Numbered from the stretch's first letter, positions 23,437 through 38,261 are shown. The stretch: 64,000 bases of DNA from Perna viridis (GCA_037379345.1 CM074516.1:6014001-6078000), one strand, 5' to 3'. The notes: generated by a model from the sequence alone, not told the origin. A program made the numbers and translations.

Positions 23437-26400
23437 TTGATATTTGGTATCATACCTCAATTGAAGATCCTCAATACCACACACACCAATTTTAGACTGT
23501 GGTAGGTCTGCTTCCTGCTTCACTACTTTTAGGTCTGAGGTATATCCACTGAGCAGTAGGATGTAGATACTTAATTTAATGACAAGTCTTTGAATAAATC
23601 TTTCTCATCTCATGTTTTTTCATCATTCCACTTTGAAGTTCTGGAAAAATTTGGAATGCACTAACCCTCTTTAACCACTCAGTTTGAGGGTTAAATGTCC
23701 TTTACTATATTATAATATATATTTGTTCTCTGAAACTGAAATGCTTTCTAGAATTTGTTACGTAATTTTGTTTCATGTCATTCCACATCCTTAACTTAAA
23801 TGTACTTATTATCTATGGAAAAAAGACAAGTTGAGTAAAGGATAGACATTTGTCTCTTGAACAATTAATAGTTGTATTATGTCGTCTGGTTTATCCTTTT
23901 CCTGGCCCTTTTGACTTATTTTCCCATGAGAAAGCAACTTTATAAGTGTTTAAATTATTTTCTTAATGAATTTACAAAATTTGCTACTCAAGACATTCTT
24001 GTGTTTTAAATAGAACCATCTTTAGAATGAGTTTTAATGATAGGTATCTTTTTAAATGATTTTACGCAATATTGTAATTGATTCACACCTTCTTAATAGA
24101 TTTGAAATGTTCACACAATGTCTTGGCATTACTGCAAATTTATTTTTTATGTTGATACAAATTGAAAGTTATATCATCAAAACCATTACTGATTTTTTTT
24201 TTAAACTTATAGACATAAAAAAATTAGGGTGAATATAAACAGGATAGAATTTCTCTCACTATGCAAAGATGAAAAGCGAGTTTTATGTACAACAGGTGCA
24301 TTTTTATCATGTTTTGGAATTGAAGTTGTTGTGGAGCTGTGGAATTTTCAACAATCTTTTCAGCATTTTTTTAATATGGAATTGTTCTTTTGAATTCAAA
24401 GATTTATAATCATAAAAAATATGCTTTGAATATTGAGCTTAAGTTTTGAATTGAAAGATTTTTTTATCTTTAATGGTATGCTTTTGAACTGCCAAAATAG
24501 ATACAGACATAAAAGTATGAAACTTAAATAGACAATTGTTGAAAGTTTGGAAGTAATAAGTGATAGCATTGTTCGATTTTATAAATGTGAAAATATTTTT
24601 TGATCATATTACACCTGGATGTGGATGTTCATCTTTCACAGCCAATTGTCCCCTATAATAAATGCATTGCTGAGTGACCATTAAAACATTTAAATGAACA
24701 CCATGTTGGATCACATATTAACTTTAAGACAATTTCATAATTATTCGCAATGCAAAATAAGTTAAAATTTAGAAAAAAAACTGCTGTTCTTACAACTTTA
24801 TAATCTAAAGAGAAAAAAATGAAAAAAATCTTGCACCCTTTTCACTTTTCAGTGCTCAAATTTCGAAGAAAACATTTCAAGTTGGATCATTTTTCATCTT
24901 TATTGATTTGATTCATATCTTTGATAACCCTCAGCTTTGTTCCTCATTGAGTTTTGATACTGTTTCATTCAATGATGGCCAATTAACTAAGTACCCACTG
25001 AGTGAACATACTATCCATTGCCAAATCATGCTTGATTCCAATTTGTAAAAAAAATTGGTTCAAATCTATTTCTGAAATTTGTGTTTTTGTCAGATAAGAC
25101 AAGATTCTGCAGACAGTAATGTGTCCATACAAACTTTAGAAACCTTTATCTAGAAAGAAATCCTTATCTTTTTTCTTTGGCACCCATGTTGAATATATCA
25201 GTATCGCTAGAAAAAATCTGCTGCAAAAACCTTCTGAAAGATAAACCATCTTCTTCATATTTCTAAGCAATGAAATATGCTGATATCTTTGCCCTCTGAA
25301 TTTTGAAACATATCACAGTTTATTTTCAACAAGTTGGCTCATTTTTGATTTCATACTCCATGTGGTTTTGAATTTTGATCAACTTGGAGACTATTTAGGA
25401 TTTTGTGTTGAAGAGTTGTAATGGAGGGAGATAACTCTCGCTGCAAGTCTCTATATGACAATAATGACTGGAATGGTAGGACTGAGGGCTATAATCCATA
25501 TCATTCATACCACAATGATCAGGCAAGTCTCCAAGTTTTCTTCTTGCTTATTTTAAAGATGAGAATTTCTTTTATAATTTGATACAGTTTGGCAGAAATA
25601 CTGAAACAACTTACATTAGTGATAAGTATTGTTTAGAAATAGAAAAAATATGTTTATAAAATGATTGTGATTCTTTTGAATTGTAATGGTATTGACCTAA
25701 ATATTTTAAGTAGTTTCTTTATTTGTATGTTTTTTCCCTCTTAACAGATTTTTTTCTGATTGAATGTTGCTGAAAAGAAATCTAAAATAATTCAGAAGTT
25801 ATTTCTGAGTTCATACATTAAAAGAAAAAAAATGTGTTCCAGATTTGAAATTGCAAAAGCCAATTAAGATTTTGTTTTCATAGCTGTTTTCCCTCCTTGA
25901 TCTACCTGCCTTCAGATTTAACTTAAATTAACCTAGCTCTATTTGGTTTCTTATTACTGGATTTACCATACTTATTTAAAATGATCTAGTAAGACACCTT
26001 TCTTGCTCCATTTGTCCTTTCTTGTTCACACTTTCCCTTACAATTCTGCTTTTCTACCATCTACATCATGTCTCAACTTATCTTTCTCTTTTCACCCCTT
26101 ATGTTTATCATTACCCTCTCCTCTAGGCCCTCCATGTTCTAGTTGTACATTACTGCCACCTGTTCTTTATAAAGCTGGAGAAATCTATTTTTAGAAGCCT
26201 CCTTTTCGTTGTCGGTCAGATCCTTCATACTTTTGGGTCACTTCTTCTGTGAAGCAAGTTGCCAATGTCTGCAGAATACTTAAAGATTTTGATAATTGTT
26301 TCTCAACATTTGGAAAATTAGTCGAGGAAGTGAAATTTCTGACTCGAAACATCATCAAAAGGATCAGGAGGCTCTATTGAATAATCATGTTAAAAATGTC

Positions 26401-29400
26401 TTAGTACATTTTTCTGTTCAATCTGAACACAAACATTTTGATTCAAGATTCAACATAGTGTCTTAGGCTGTTAATCGAAAAATCACACTTAGCTTATTTA
26501 TGCTGCCAACTTCTGAAAAATGTATTAATACCATAAGCCTTGATTAATTCTAAGATATTGCCATTAAACAGGGTTCAAGGTTAAAGTTCTAGTACAGCTT
26601 TCAGGATATTTTAACATAGAAAAATACTGATGAATCAGATTAAACAAACAAACAACTTTCCAGTCACAGAGACACATCTTCTATATCTTGACAACTGAAA
26701 GGTCATTGTGGTTGTCGATCTTAGATTTATGTAATTTAGGATGTCTTACATCATCATCAACACCTATGTCTCCACTGTCTAATCGGTTCATCACCAATGA
26801 AGAGGCAAATGTGGCATATTGACTTGAAAGTAAAGAATGGTGTCCTATGCCCCCTCCTACCCCAATAAATGGAAAAAAAGATTCCTATTTATATAAAGCT
26901 TTGAATTCATGAATGCTGTGTGGTTTTGGATGGTCAGTATATACAATTTCCTGTTTTGATTTAGAAACTGCCTTCCCTTTTGAATTTCCCAGGTTTAATT
27001 TTAGAATCAGTTGATTAAGTAAGCTTGAAAATCAAAAGGTCAAGGTCATTGTGTTTCTTGACATGGAAAACCAGTTTCAGCCTTGATCCATTTCTGTTTC
27101 AGCTTTGTCTTCTTAGTTTGTTTTAAGATGTACCTCCAATACCATGTATAAGATTTAATGGTGGGAGTACAGTTTAATGGTCGGAGTACAGTTTCCACTA
27201 ATTATTTTCTGGTCATTGAACTTTCTAATATATCTTTTTTTATTCCCTCCCATTATAAAATCATTAACAATTCATTTCCAATCTGATTCATAAAGATGTT
27301 TTTATTTTAGCGCAAATTAGACCTTGTTTAAAGTGCATGCATGATGCAAAAGAAATAATCACATTTTGATGATTTTTATGAAAACAGATGGACAGATTGC
27401 AATTTCATCAAATTATAGAATATTATACGATCCTAGGGATTATTAAAATAAATTTTCCTAAAACATATGGCATAATCTGTTCTGCCATCATGATTTTGTT
27501 ATTATATCGTAATATTAAACAATATTTTTCTAAAGGCATTGCAACTAATTTCGTTCATTGAAATCCTAATTGCATTTTAAATTATTTTTGCCTGTTAATT
27601 TTCAGTAAAACATGATATTTGCTTTGCATCATGCAGGCGGCATGGATAATTGCAGTCTTATAATAATAAATGGGAGACACTTGGATGCCATGTTGTGGGA
27701 CATTTCAGCATGCACTCAGACAACTAACATTTCTGTGGCTGAGGTTGATTATGTTCCATTCCTTTTAATGATGCATTTATCTTGTAAGCTTTTCATAAGC
27801 ATGATAGCATATAATAGCTGAGTTTGCAGTGCAGTATTGTATTGGTTTAGATGTTGTGATATCTCTTCCCTTGAGTTTTATAATTTACTGTATATTATTG
27901 AATTGTATCATACTTGTGGACTTCAAGTAAAGTAAATACACGTTAGGGCCTAAAGGTGAAGAGTCTTCGGTAGTATACATTTGCCAAAATTTCGTGCTTG
28001 AAATCTTATATTTCCGAGGAAAAATTTCATTTGTTATTTTTTTGTGCATATGCCATCATGGTATCATTCAAGGTTATGGGTGGAAGAAAAAAATACATAC
28101 TTGTTCATTGTTTCTTACTATCCTCCTTATAAATTGGTAACAAACACAAGTAAATAATGACAAAACCAATTTTTGCTCAGCAAGAAGAATTATTACCCTG
28201 CAGGCTCACAAACAACCGTCACAGTTGGCCTCAAATTGTGCATTGTTTCTGCAGTGACTGGATGCACATCTGGTACCCAGTTATTTATTGATGTGACCTA
28301 CCCTATCTCCTGCTGATGACTGAGTGTCCTGTTTGTATAATTATGGAATCAGTTCATACATGTAGCATATGATGAGGCTTTTGATTTTGAATGAACCTTT
28401 ATACATGTAGCGTGTGATGTTTCTGGACCTAGTGTAATTAAATTCAATGAAAAGTAAGTTTATGGTTTCTATATTATGTAAATCTTTGATTAAGTAATTC
28501 ACAGTTATCCAGTCAGTATATTTACATGGTTTCTCTTTTCACATTTTTTCAATGTATAAAACCAATACCAAAATGTAAATTTCCAAATGTTGACAATATC
28601 CTCAATGAATGTATGAACTTAGAGATCTTGAACTTTATCAAGGGTTTTTGTGCTCAGTCTGTCAGAGCAATTTAAGAAGCCAAAAATCTTAGAAAGTCAT
28701 TTTTTGAAGTGATACCTCTGATGAGCATACCAGGGGGAACAGACAAGCTCAACAGCTGTTGCTCTATAAAGATTGATTAGATTCTGTGGATTAATTTGCC
28801 AAAAACATAAAAAAATGAACAAAAATTATGGATTTTGATAGTAAATTGTTTGTTTTAACATGCAATGAATTTAAATTTGTACACAAGGGATTGTTTTATA
28901 AACATGTTTGCATCTTTAAGCCAGGGTTTTACGATTGTTTATTTTGGCATCTTGTCAGCTTAACATGGGAGGTAACTCCTTTATGAGCTTATTTCATTAG
29001 TATATTTATTCACACATTACAAATTGTCTAAGTATAAGTTTGATAATGAATTTATATTGGCACTATATTATGAATCGATGAAAGTTTCTGAGTGCAAATC
29101 TTTCACATGCTTAATCTTAAGAATGCATCTGCTTCTAGTGTTTATTTGAGTTGAATGCCCTTCACTTTCAGCTTTTTGGGCTTCATTTGGTAACTTCAGG
29201 TAGAACTCAGATTTCCAAACTTTTTAGTGGCATGTTATTCTATCACACTTCGATTGAAATTAAAGTGCTTTCCTGAAATCAGTAACTGCAAAATCCTATA
29301 GAAAAAGTAAAATTCTTGATACTCAAAAAGCAGGTACATTTTGTATTTTACATCTAGATTATTTGGAAATTGAAGAAATAGAGAAATTTTAAACAACTGG

Positions 29401-31509
29401 AAAGTGACATACAATGGTAAAGAAAAGTAACTCAAGACATAATCATCAAGGGAGGCATTTTGACTTGGTGCAATTGAAGCACAATTTTTTTTTATATGAA
29501 CTTGAAAAATAGAATGTGATTGCTGTACTTCTTAGAGCTGAACCATGAAAGAGGCAGCAATTGCATGCATGCTGCCTAAACAAGATTGATGGCCTAACAT
29601 GAGTAATTAAGGCAAGACTTTGTCAGTTCTTCATCACTTTTGCCTAAAATCATCATAACATTTCATCACTTCAGAAACATACACCTCTCCTGTCTATCAA
29701 ATAGATGTATTTTTCATGTTCAGTGATGACAACTATCTTGTCTGTTGCATGCATGGAATTAGAGGTCAAACAAGGTCAAAGTTGTCAGTTTCTGTGAACT
29801 ACATCAATAGTTGTCAGTTTCCAAGTGATATTTGATTACTCTATTATGTTTTACAGAAAGTATTTTCTTCACAAAGAAGGTGCTTTCATGCAAAATTTCT
29901 GTAGAACTTTCTTGTTATATTTTAGTACTTTTACCAAAATATTATGAGTTTGACTTACATGTCTATTGCCAATCTTTATTTTTAACAATTTTTCTTGTTC
30001 ACCCAGAAAATTTTTCTACAATTTTCTTAACCCTTTTGAGCAGATTGGATTCATGTGTAATATTTAACGTGAATTTGGTTATCCCCTGGGTATTTTATTA
30101 CTTTCAGATATTTCTGAACATTGGTTAGCTAACTTAATGACCTTTGAAATAAATGAGGATATTCTCTCACTGACCTCTCTAATTCTTGTTTTCAGTTTTT
30201 GATAGATGAATAGAATTGGTTATTATTCACTGACAAGTAAATAAATATGAAGTTATATGAAACCATCATTTTGAAAACAAACACTATGGCCAGTCACCTT
30301 TGCCTCGATGTTAATTTTTATATCAAGTCTAGTCTTCTACCCTTGCTTTAAAAAACAAATGGTTCAGTGTGAAGAAAGAATTATCTGTTAATGAGTAATC
30401 TATTTGTTTCAGTTTACATTTCTTCCTCCTCAATTGATGGTATATCAAGCATATTGAGTAGCCAAATATATTTTTTTATCTGGCTATTTATCAACTTATG
30501 CCCAGAGAGCTTACTACTAGCCACATACTCTAGCTTTCTTGGCATGCAGCTGCAAATGCTTACTATGTTATCAAGCTCAGATTTGTCATTTAATGCATAC
30601 TTGTTTAGTATACTTAACAAATAATGTCATGATTTAAACCAAAAATCCCCAAATTGAGAGATTCTAATTTTTCATCAATTTAGTTTTTCCCTAATGTGGG
30701 AGAGTTTACACTAGTGTTAATGTGAAGTTTTCCATGTTCAGGAAATGTAAAGGATGATTTTCACTGTCCAACTTAACAAATGGGAAGTTCTGCTTTAACC
30801 CATGTTTTCATTGTAGATAGTATATAATTTGGATGCAGTGTTTTTGGCAAGGGTATTGAATGTTAGAATCCTCAGATGAAATAATCTACTTAAACCAGGT
30901 GTTTCTCAGCTTATTTGTAACCTTTGTCTCCATACCTTGCTGAAGACTATTTATAGTAACACACCTGTACTCAGGAATCTAATCCACCCAGATACTGATG
31001 TAAGACAAGGTATCAAAAAAAGTTCAAGGGAATCTGTTAATGGCCTTAAAAAATCTTGTTAGATTTACCAGGTTTTAGAAAATGTCACCTGTTATGGCAT
31101 CTATGTAAAAATGTGATGGTACTTTACAACTGGCAATACCAAAATGTTTTTTTATATCTGTACATGTGCATACATCAGTGTATATATCAATAGGATTGGA
31201 AAAATGTGAAGTTGTAAAAAATTGTACTGGCCAGCTGTTCAAGGTATAAAAAAGCAGTTTACTGACCATAACATGTTTTATGATTGGTTTTCTTTCTAGA
31301 TGTACAAATCTATTTTGCATTCTTGGTGAATCAATAAATATGCAAATGCACAATGTTTCTTTTGTAGCACTAGTTTTATCTTTACTACAAGAATATATGG
31401 TATTTTAAAATGAATTAGAAGTCAGTGAGTCTGTATTTTTAAAAAATTACATTGTGTTGGTAACAAAGAAACATGCTGGAACATTGACTGATGGCCATAC
31501 TGGAAATAA

Positions 31510-31700
31510 TTAAACCTGGCTGGAGCGGAAGGTTAAGTGCCATACGAAACCTGGTTTGCCCACCGTATCCATTGGAAATACCTGTACCAAGTCAGGACCA
31601 TTGCATATATTTCCAACTTTCTGGTTTTTACCTAGATCTTGCCAATTGTTATTAAAAGTTTCCTTTTTGACTTTTTCTTTTGAGTTTTGCCTAGAGTTAA
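31510..31700. repeat. Fragment of a common mollusc interspersed repeat (aaatacctgtaccaagtcagga), probably retroelement-derived
   Basis: CpG-containing block with a motif recognised from memory; no database check. Confidence 0.35.
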
Positions 31701-32603
31701 TCAGTTAGTTATTTTGTGATTGACCTACATTTATATTTTGTATTTTCCCATGTATGTTTTTGCTTCAGATTGATAGCTTGATATTTGACCTTTAAAGGTA
31801 TGTGTCCTTGACTTAAAACAGAAACCAATAGATCTTTCTAAAACAGAAATGTAGGAATCTGTTATGCTTACTTACAAAGGGAAAATAGCTCAATAAATAT
31901 ATCTAGTTTCAAAATTCTAGGAATGATTAAGAGGGAATTAATTCAACCTTGTTCAAATGAAATCATCTATTTGATGCAGTTTCTCAAATTTGACATTTCC
32001 ATATGTTCCTCATGCATTTCTTAAATACCTCTCTATTTCTTACACAGTCAAGTGAAGACTAATGACTATAGAGCAGAAAGATGATGTATTGGCAATGATC
32101 TAATTCTATAATTCCCCTATTTGTTGTTAGGGAGAAGATAACAGGACAGGAGAACCCTTATATATACACTATCAAGAACCATGAAATTTATACAGTGTAC
32201 ACTAAATTTGACCAATTGAAAATCATACAACTGTCATCATGCTGATAGCTTCATATGATTTCTCCATACATGTACCTGTCTCTTAATGAGCCTTCTTTTG
32301 GGTAATAAGCTCTTACTAGAACTATGTGTTATGATGTAACTTCTACTCCTATATATTTCCCTTGTACATTGTACTTTAAGAAGATCTTACTGCCTGATAT
32401 CAATCTGACTAATACTAAGGCATGTGTATCACTCATACAAAATACAATTTCAGCTTAATAAATCTATTAACATTATTTATATATAACAGAAATATCAGTA
32501 ACTTGGTAACATATATACATTAACATTACATCAGCTCTTAACACATCCAAAACCAGTAACATAATTCTACCCTTATATACTATAATATATTTTTGGCATT
32601 CTG

Positions 32604-32913
32604 GAGGCTACTAGTTTACCAACACCTGGGGGGAGCCCGACAGGTGATCCTAACATTGTATCTGGGTGAGCCCAGCAGATACATGTACATGCACTAGAAA
32701 TCTTTCTTAATGAACTATGAATTGAGTACCTGGGGAGCCCAGCAGATACATGTAAGGTAGATCTGTAATTAACAAGTAAGAATTTTGAAATTGAGATTTG
32801 GAATACCTGGGGGGAGCCCAGCAGGTCCATTGTAATATATATAACACAACAAATTTTTTTTTTTTATGAATTGGGGATAAAAAATTTCCCGCCAAGAAAT
32901 CACTAGTAGCCTC
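32604..32913. repeat. Inverted-repeat-bounded element with four palindromic GC-rich motifs
   Basis: GAGGCTACTAGT (32604-32615) / ACTAGTAGCCTC (32902-32913); ACCTGGGGGAGCCCAGCAG-like motifs at 32624, 32659, 32727 and 32804. Confidence 0.75.
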
Positions 32914-34844
32914 AATATTAATTTGATAATAACTTGTCACTTTTAATATATATTGTACTCACACAAAATAAAAAAGAAAACAACACATTGGTACCAACAG
33001 TTAAGTAAAGATCCACAATGATGAGAAAACTACTATCAAAATTTTACATACACATGCATGTAGCAATCAAATGTATCAAGGATATACAAAGGGATGGGAG
33101 GATGGGTCTCAAAAACTTGTCATGAAACAAAAGGTCAGCATCATCAAGATTCTTACATCATCACTGACCCTTCTGAAATCATGTGATCTTAAGCTGCTGC
33201 TCCCTCCATGAAAGTTTCCTGCAAATAAATTACCTCCACGAGGAGATATCCATGATCTGCACTCACATACCAAATTATAATACTCCAATAAAACTTAAGT
33301 ACATACATGTGTACATGTAACTTGGGAAACAGGGTATGTGTGTAAAAACATTTATTAAAAATAAACATATAATACTACTTAAGACAGTTTTAGTTTTATA
33401 TTTTCAAATTTTGTCATTCCAGGGAATTTTGCAGTTGATTGAACTTTTCTTATTACAAGCTCAAAAAGTTATTGAATATTATTGCACAATTTTTTTTTAT
33501 TGTAATATGGTAATTAAAGAAATTTACTTCCTATTTTTTAATTCTTATCTATTACAACATAAGATTATTGATATGTTTCATCCTGAAAAATAGTCATGAA
33601 GAAAAACACTGAGAATTTACTGTCTGCTCTGTGCCAAATTGGCTAATTTTTATTAAAATTTATTTATGTAATAACATAAATTTGATGCTATCATTGTGAA
33701 GTAGAGAAATTTCAACAACTGTACAAAAACTTTGAAAAAATGGAATACATTTGCAAATTGTGTGAATTACTTCATATTTTTTTGCACAATATCATCTCCA
33801 TATAGTGGCTTTATCAGACATTCATAGTTTTGTACTTTGTAAATTTGAAGATGGATTTGATAAAATTAGTGTTTTTGCTCAATGAATCCTTCAGACATTT
33901 GTTTCTCTGCATTAAATTTGACACACGTTAATATACTAAACTTATCAAAATAGCCTGATATGAAGAAGTTTGTAATTTGTTTATCATGAAGCTTGAGTTC
34001 ATCATGGCAAAACAAAATTATGTAATGGACTTAATTGCTAGAATTAAAGATTAAGTTTTGACTTAGTCCTTTTTTATATTTTCACCTTGCATTTGTTCTG
34101 CTGCAAGGTCCTGAGAAAAATGCACCCCATGCTACAACTCAACATATCAAGCCTAAAATAGCCATGGGTCAATGACCTGAACATGATTTAAAAACAACAG
34201 AAAGTTGACTAAATACATTTAATTATCTAATGCCTAAAGCATTGAGGAACATTTTAAGCTTAAGAAAATTTTAGTCTATGTTTTTGTGTATGCCAGTTCA
34301 GTAAGGGTGGCTGGCTATCCATTTATTTTATTTATTGCCATTTTTCACTTGTCTATAAATTGAGTCAGTGGTATTTTAAAGTTTGCTATGAATACACAAA
34401 GTTCTAAGATCTTTATCTGTTTTGTTTTTAAGTTTACTGTATCATGTCAGTTTAAACTGACTTTGAAAAATTTAGTGAAAGAACATGATTCTCAAATTGG
34501 TTCTGACACATTTGATTTCATACTGTTTTGTTTTCAGTGAGATATTTCTACGAATATTCAATTTCCACAATGCATTTATCATTTGGATGTTTGAGAAACA
34601 AAACACAAGAGATATTTTGTATTTAAAAAGCATTTGTTTAATACACTTATAGATTCCTGTTTATTTTAATGTTTCTGAATAATTTGCAACTGAAAATGAG
34701 CATTCCAACAAGTATGTTTATGAAACAACTTTGCAAGTGTATATTAGCTTTGTTTTGTCAGTCTGTTTCTCTGTTGAGTCTTTATAGTCCATACCTGTAG
34801 AATTCTTGCTTTCTGCTTCATTAACTAATTAAGAGATAAATCTC

Positions 34845-34957
34845 AGAAACTCCATTTGTCATTGTTTTACCGTGGGCTGGCCATTTATGTCTTTATTTAA
34901 AACAATGCGACATAAATGGCCAGCCTATGGTAAAACAATGACAAAATGGAGTTTTCT
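34845..34957 (+). repeat. Near-perfect inverted repeat (47/49-bp arms, 17-nt loop)
   Basis: 34845-34891 pairs with 34909-34957; two substitutions and two 1-nt indels. Confidence 0.95.
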
Positions 34958-35131
34958 AATATGACTAGTTTCTTCATATTTTTGAATAAAAGCAGCCTAT
35001 GTGGTGCAAAAAATGTTTGTCATGTGTTTATCACTTTTTATCAATTTTTTTCCAATTCTTAATGTATTTTACTCATGTAGCCCCTCCCCCTTTAGTTGGC
35101 AATGAAATATGTTCTATATTATGCTGCCTAA

Positions 35132-35495
35132 TGGTGGTTTATTGGTAGCATGCTTCAAGTGTGTAATGTCAAAGGTTACATCCCCTACTGAGTTATAATA
35201 GTTACTGTTCCTCCACTAAGCAGTTTTAGGGCCTGTGTAGGATGATATTCCTTTCTGCAGGTTGTTGCTATGTTGTGCTTAGTTACCATGTTAAGTTTGT
35301 TTGTTTGTTTGTTTGTTGGGGTTTAATGTCCGAGCAGCAATATTTCAGCTATATTCAGTTACCATGTTAAGGATTCCAACTGAGAGTGTCATACTAGTTC
35401 AGAGGAGGGTCACTGTGATCAAATGTTCTTATCCTGACATGTATGAAATATCTGTCATAAAAACCAGAACAATCCAATCAATCAATCAATCAATC
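35132..35495 (+). mobile_element. Decayed tRNA-derived SINE with (ATCA)n tail, interrupted by a younger insertion
   Basis: A-box-like tggtggtttattggtagc head, ctccactaagca core-like motif, caatcaatcaatc tail at about 35472-35495. Confidence 0.45.
35296..35356 (-). mobile_element. 5'-truncated retroposon ((AAAC)n tail) with 15-bp TSD
   Basis: TSD agttaccatgttaag at 35281-35295 and 35357-35371; same body as 22005-22065. Confidence 0.85.
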
Positions 35496-35557
35496 TAGGT
35501 AATAAGGTCTCTGTTGAATGTCTTCAACATTGAGCTTTGAACATTTTGGTTATTTAA

Positions 35558-35926
35558 GTACTCCTCTGTGTAAGAATCAGGCAAAAGATGCATAAGGTGT
35601 GGCACATGCAGATTTTATTGCATTATCTAAGTATTTATACCTCATAACCTCCAGAAATACCATAAAAAGTTTGCCTTTTTAAGATATTGATTGGTCAAAT
35701 TTAGTAAATGCACTATGGAAAATGACAGCAAAATTTTCCCACACTTTTTCCCTATATTAAAAATATAAAAGATATTATAAAATATCTTTGTCACAGATAC
35801 TTCAGGATATATTTAAATACCTTTCTCATTGCTATGATGTATTGAATATATTTGATGCAAAATAAAAGAACCACATTGTGAAAAATGCTGTACCACTGAT
35901 TGCCTGATTCTTATACAGAATGGTGC
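35558..35926. mobile_element. Related MITE (diverged subfamily)
   Basis: TIR tctgtgtaagaatcaggca (35565-35583) / tgcctgattcttatacaga (35901-35919); TTAA at the left flank; interior more diverged. Confidence 0.75.
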
Positions 35927-38261
35927 ATGACTGTTTCCTCTCATAGAATAAAGGACAACTTGAAGATTGAGTCTCATTATTTTCAGATTATTACGCAAAT
36001 GACATGGCACCACAAGTTACTATTTTGCCTGAATTAAAGTGCGATATTATGCTGAATTGCATTTCCAATTTGAAGTCTCCTTGTCATATTTTTATCTTAT
36101 GAGCACTTATTAAAGAGACAAAAACTCATTCATAAAACTTAATAAAACATGAAAGTTTAAAAAAGGTATACCTACGTGAACCAAGCTCATTGGCGATTTG
36201 GCGACATCTTTATTCGAGAGTCTGAGACCATTTTAGAATACCATTCATCACCGTAGATAATGGAGGCCCTATCAAACATGAAGAAATTTACTTATCTCAG
36301 TAAATAATTGGTGATTTAGGTTTAGAAGGCTCATAATTCATTAGAAATTTTTCCCAGACAGATATTTTATAATGTAATACCCTTATCTCTTTCCATCAAT
36401 GGTGCACTACTTATAAAGTGCTAAAATCTGGTGACCTTTACCCCTGTTTGTGCATCTGTTTTGATAAGTTAAATCCCACCATCCTGCAGTTTGAAGTGTC
36501 TGATGTATTTCTGCATGTGGTGCATTCTATTAAAACATTTTGTGGGGTGTCCTTGGGTTCCTTTTTCCGAAACATATATATTGATCCACCTGAAACTACA
36601 TATAAGTGTGCTTTCAATTTTAGCTATTTTATCATACTTTGAAATGCCTGATCATAATCGGTTCTGTGACTTACATAAACAATATTTTTACAGTAGCCAA
36701 GCAAGCACTTGCAAAACTTTACATCAAAGGTGGGTTTGATTTGTTATATTTACATGTGTTACCTGTATTGCAACAACAGACTTCATTTATTTGCATCACA
36801 AACAACAATCTAAGAATAAATTGATGATGAGGGCTCAAACTCTTATTTAGGATCAATTTCATTTGGAGACCCATATTGTATGGAAAGAACCCAAAAACTA
36901 AAGTATATTGACCTTGTTAACATGCAACTGTCTGCATTCTATCTGCATCTGTTTATTTTAAGATTTTGTATCTTATTTTGATCTGCATGAACAATTAGCT
37001 ATTTCCTGTGAATAAGTAGAATTATATGCCTTTTTGATTCATCTTGACACCTGTAAAGACTGGATTTATAGGTGTTATAACTTAATTCTGTAATTTTGCA
37101 GATGATAGTACACAGTTAGATATTTTTGATGTACTAGATTAGCTTTTTTATATTGGTTCAATGCTTGGCCAATAAGATATTTTTGTGTCAATATGTCTGT
37201 ACATAGATACAATGTGAAATGTCATATCTGAGATATTCTAGTATATTTATTTTAAATCGAAAGTGCTCTGGTACTAAGTCAAGTGTGATCAGAATAGAAT
37301 CAAGATACCAAAATGAATGGAAAACATGTACTTTTCTACAAAGAGGAATTGTGTGTTTTAAAAAAATCACATTATTGCTAGTTTTTATTGATCCTACCAA
37401 TTCCCATGTTAATTCCTGTTTTCAATCATGTTTATAAAAAAGTGGGTAAAGTGAATTTAGAATAAGATGTGTCAAAAAGATAAGACTTTTTTGTTCTGAT
37501 GATATTCAGTCATTTTATGATCAAACAAAAAAATGTGCCATTAAGAATAGATGTTAATCATGCTATCATGTCCACCCATGTGTTGTCATTTTGTTTTTGC
37601 TAAATTTTGATGATTTTGATCTCAGAAAAGCATTTTATGTACATTAACCCAAGCCTATTGCATCAAAGAGCAATATCTCTGTCATAAACAAATTAATAGA
37701 AAGATTTTTATCATGTTTTGAATTTATTGAATTGGAAACATGAATGAAAAACGTAAGCATATCCTGAAAATCTTCTGTTTTTTATTATTTCATGATGCCT
37801 TTTGCTTCATTTCTTAAATTAAAAAAAAGAAAAAAAAGAAGACAAAGTTTGCAAATTTTGCACCTGTACAATTCTAGGTTGTTCACACAGAGTGTTGTGT
37901 AAGATAAATAGTGAAATCATTAATCTAAATTTCAGTTCAGAACCAAGACAAAAATTTAAAATTGAAATGTGCTCTTTTAAATCTGATGCTGATAGAATTT
38001 TTTTCTTAGAAGCTATCATATCTATAGAATTCTTTTGAATTTCTTGAATTGAAATAGTTTTTAAGGTAAAACAGGATCTCCTTCATAATTTAATTTTTTT
38101 TTCTTCAAATATTTTGAATAAATGAAGGAATTGGATAACAGGCTATGCCTATGTACATCCTCTCCAAAAATAATAATGGGGAAAGGAATATCATCAGCAA
38201 GATTCAAGTTCTTTCATGTATCAAACTAAAAATGTAAGGTCTCTAACAGTTCATAATCTGC

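Noticed and set aside
23284-23523. GIAVI-repeat membrane peptide / YTND-repeat peptide
   Set aside because: Products of a 15-bp minisatellite; no ATG start or splice support.
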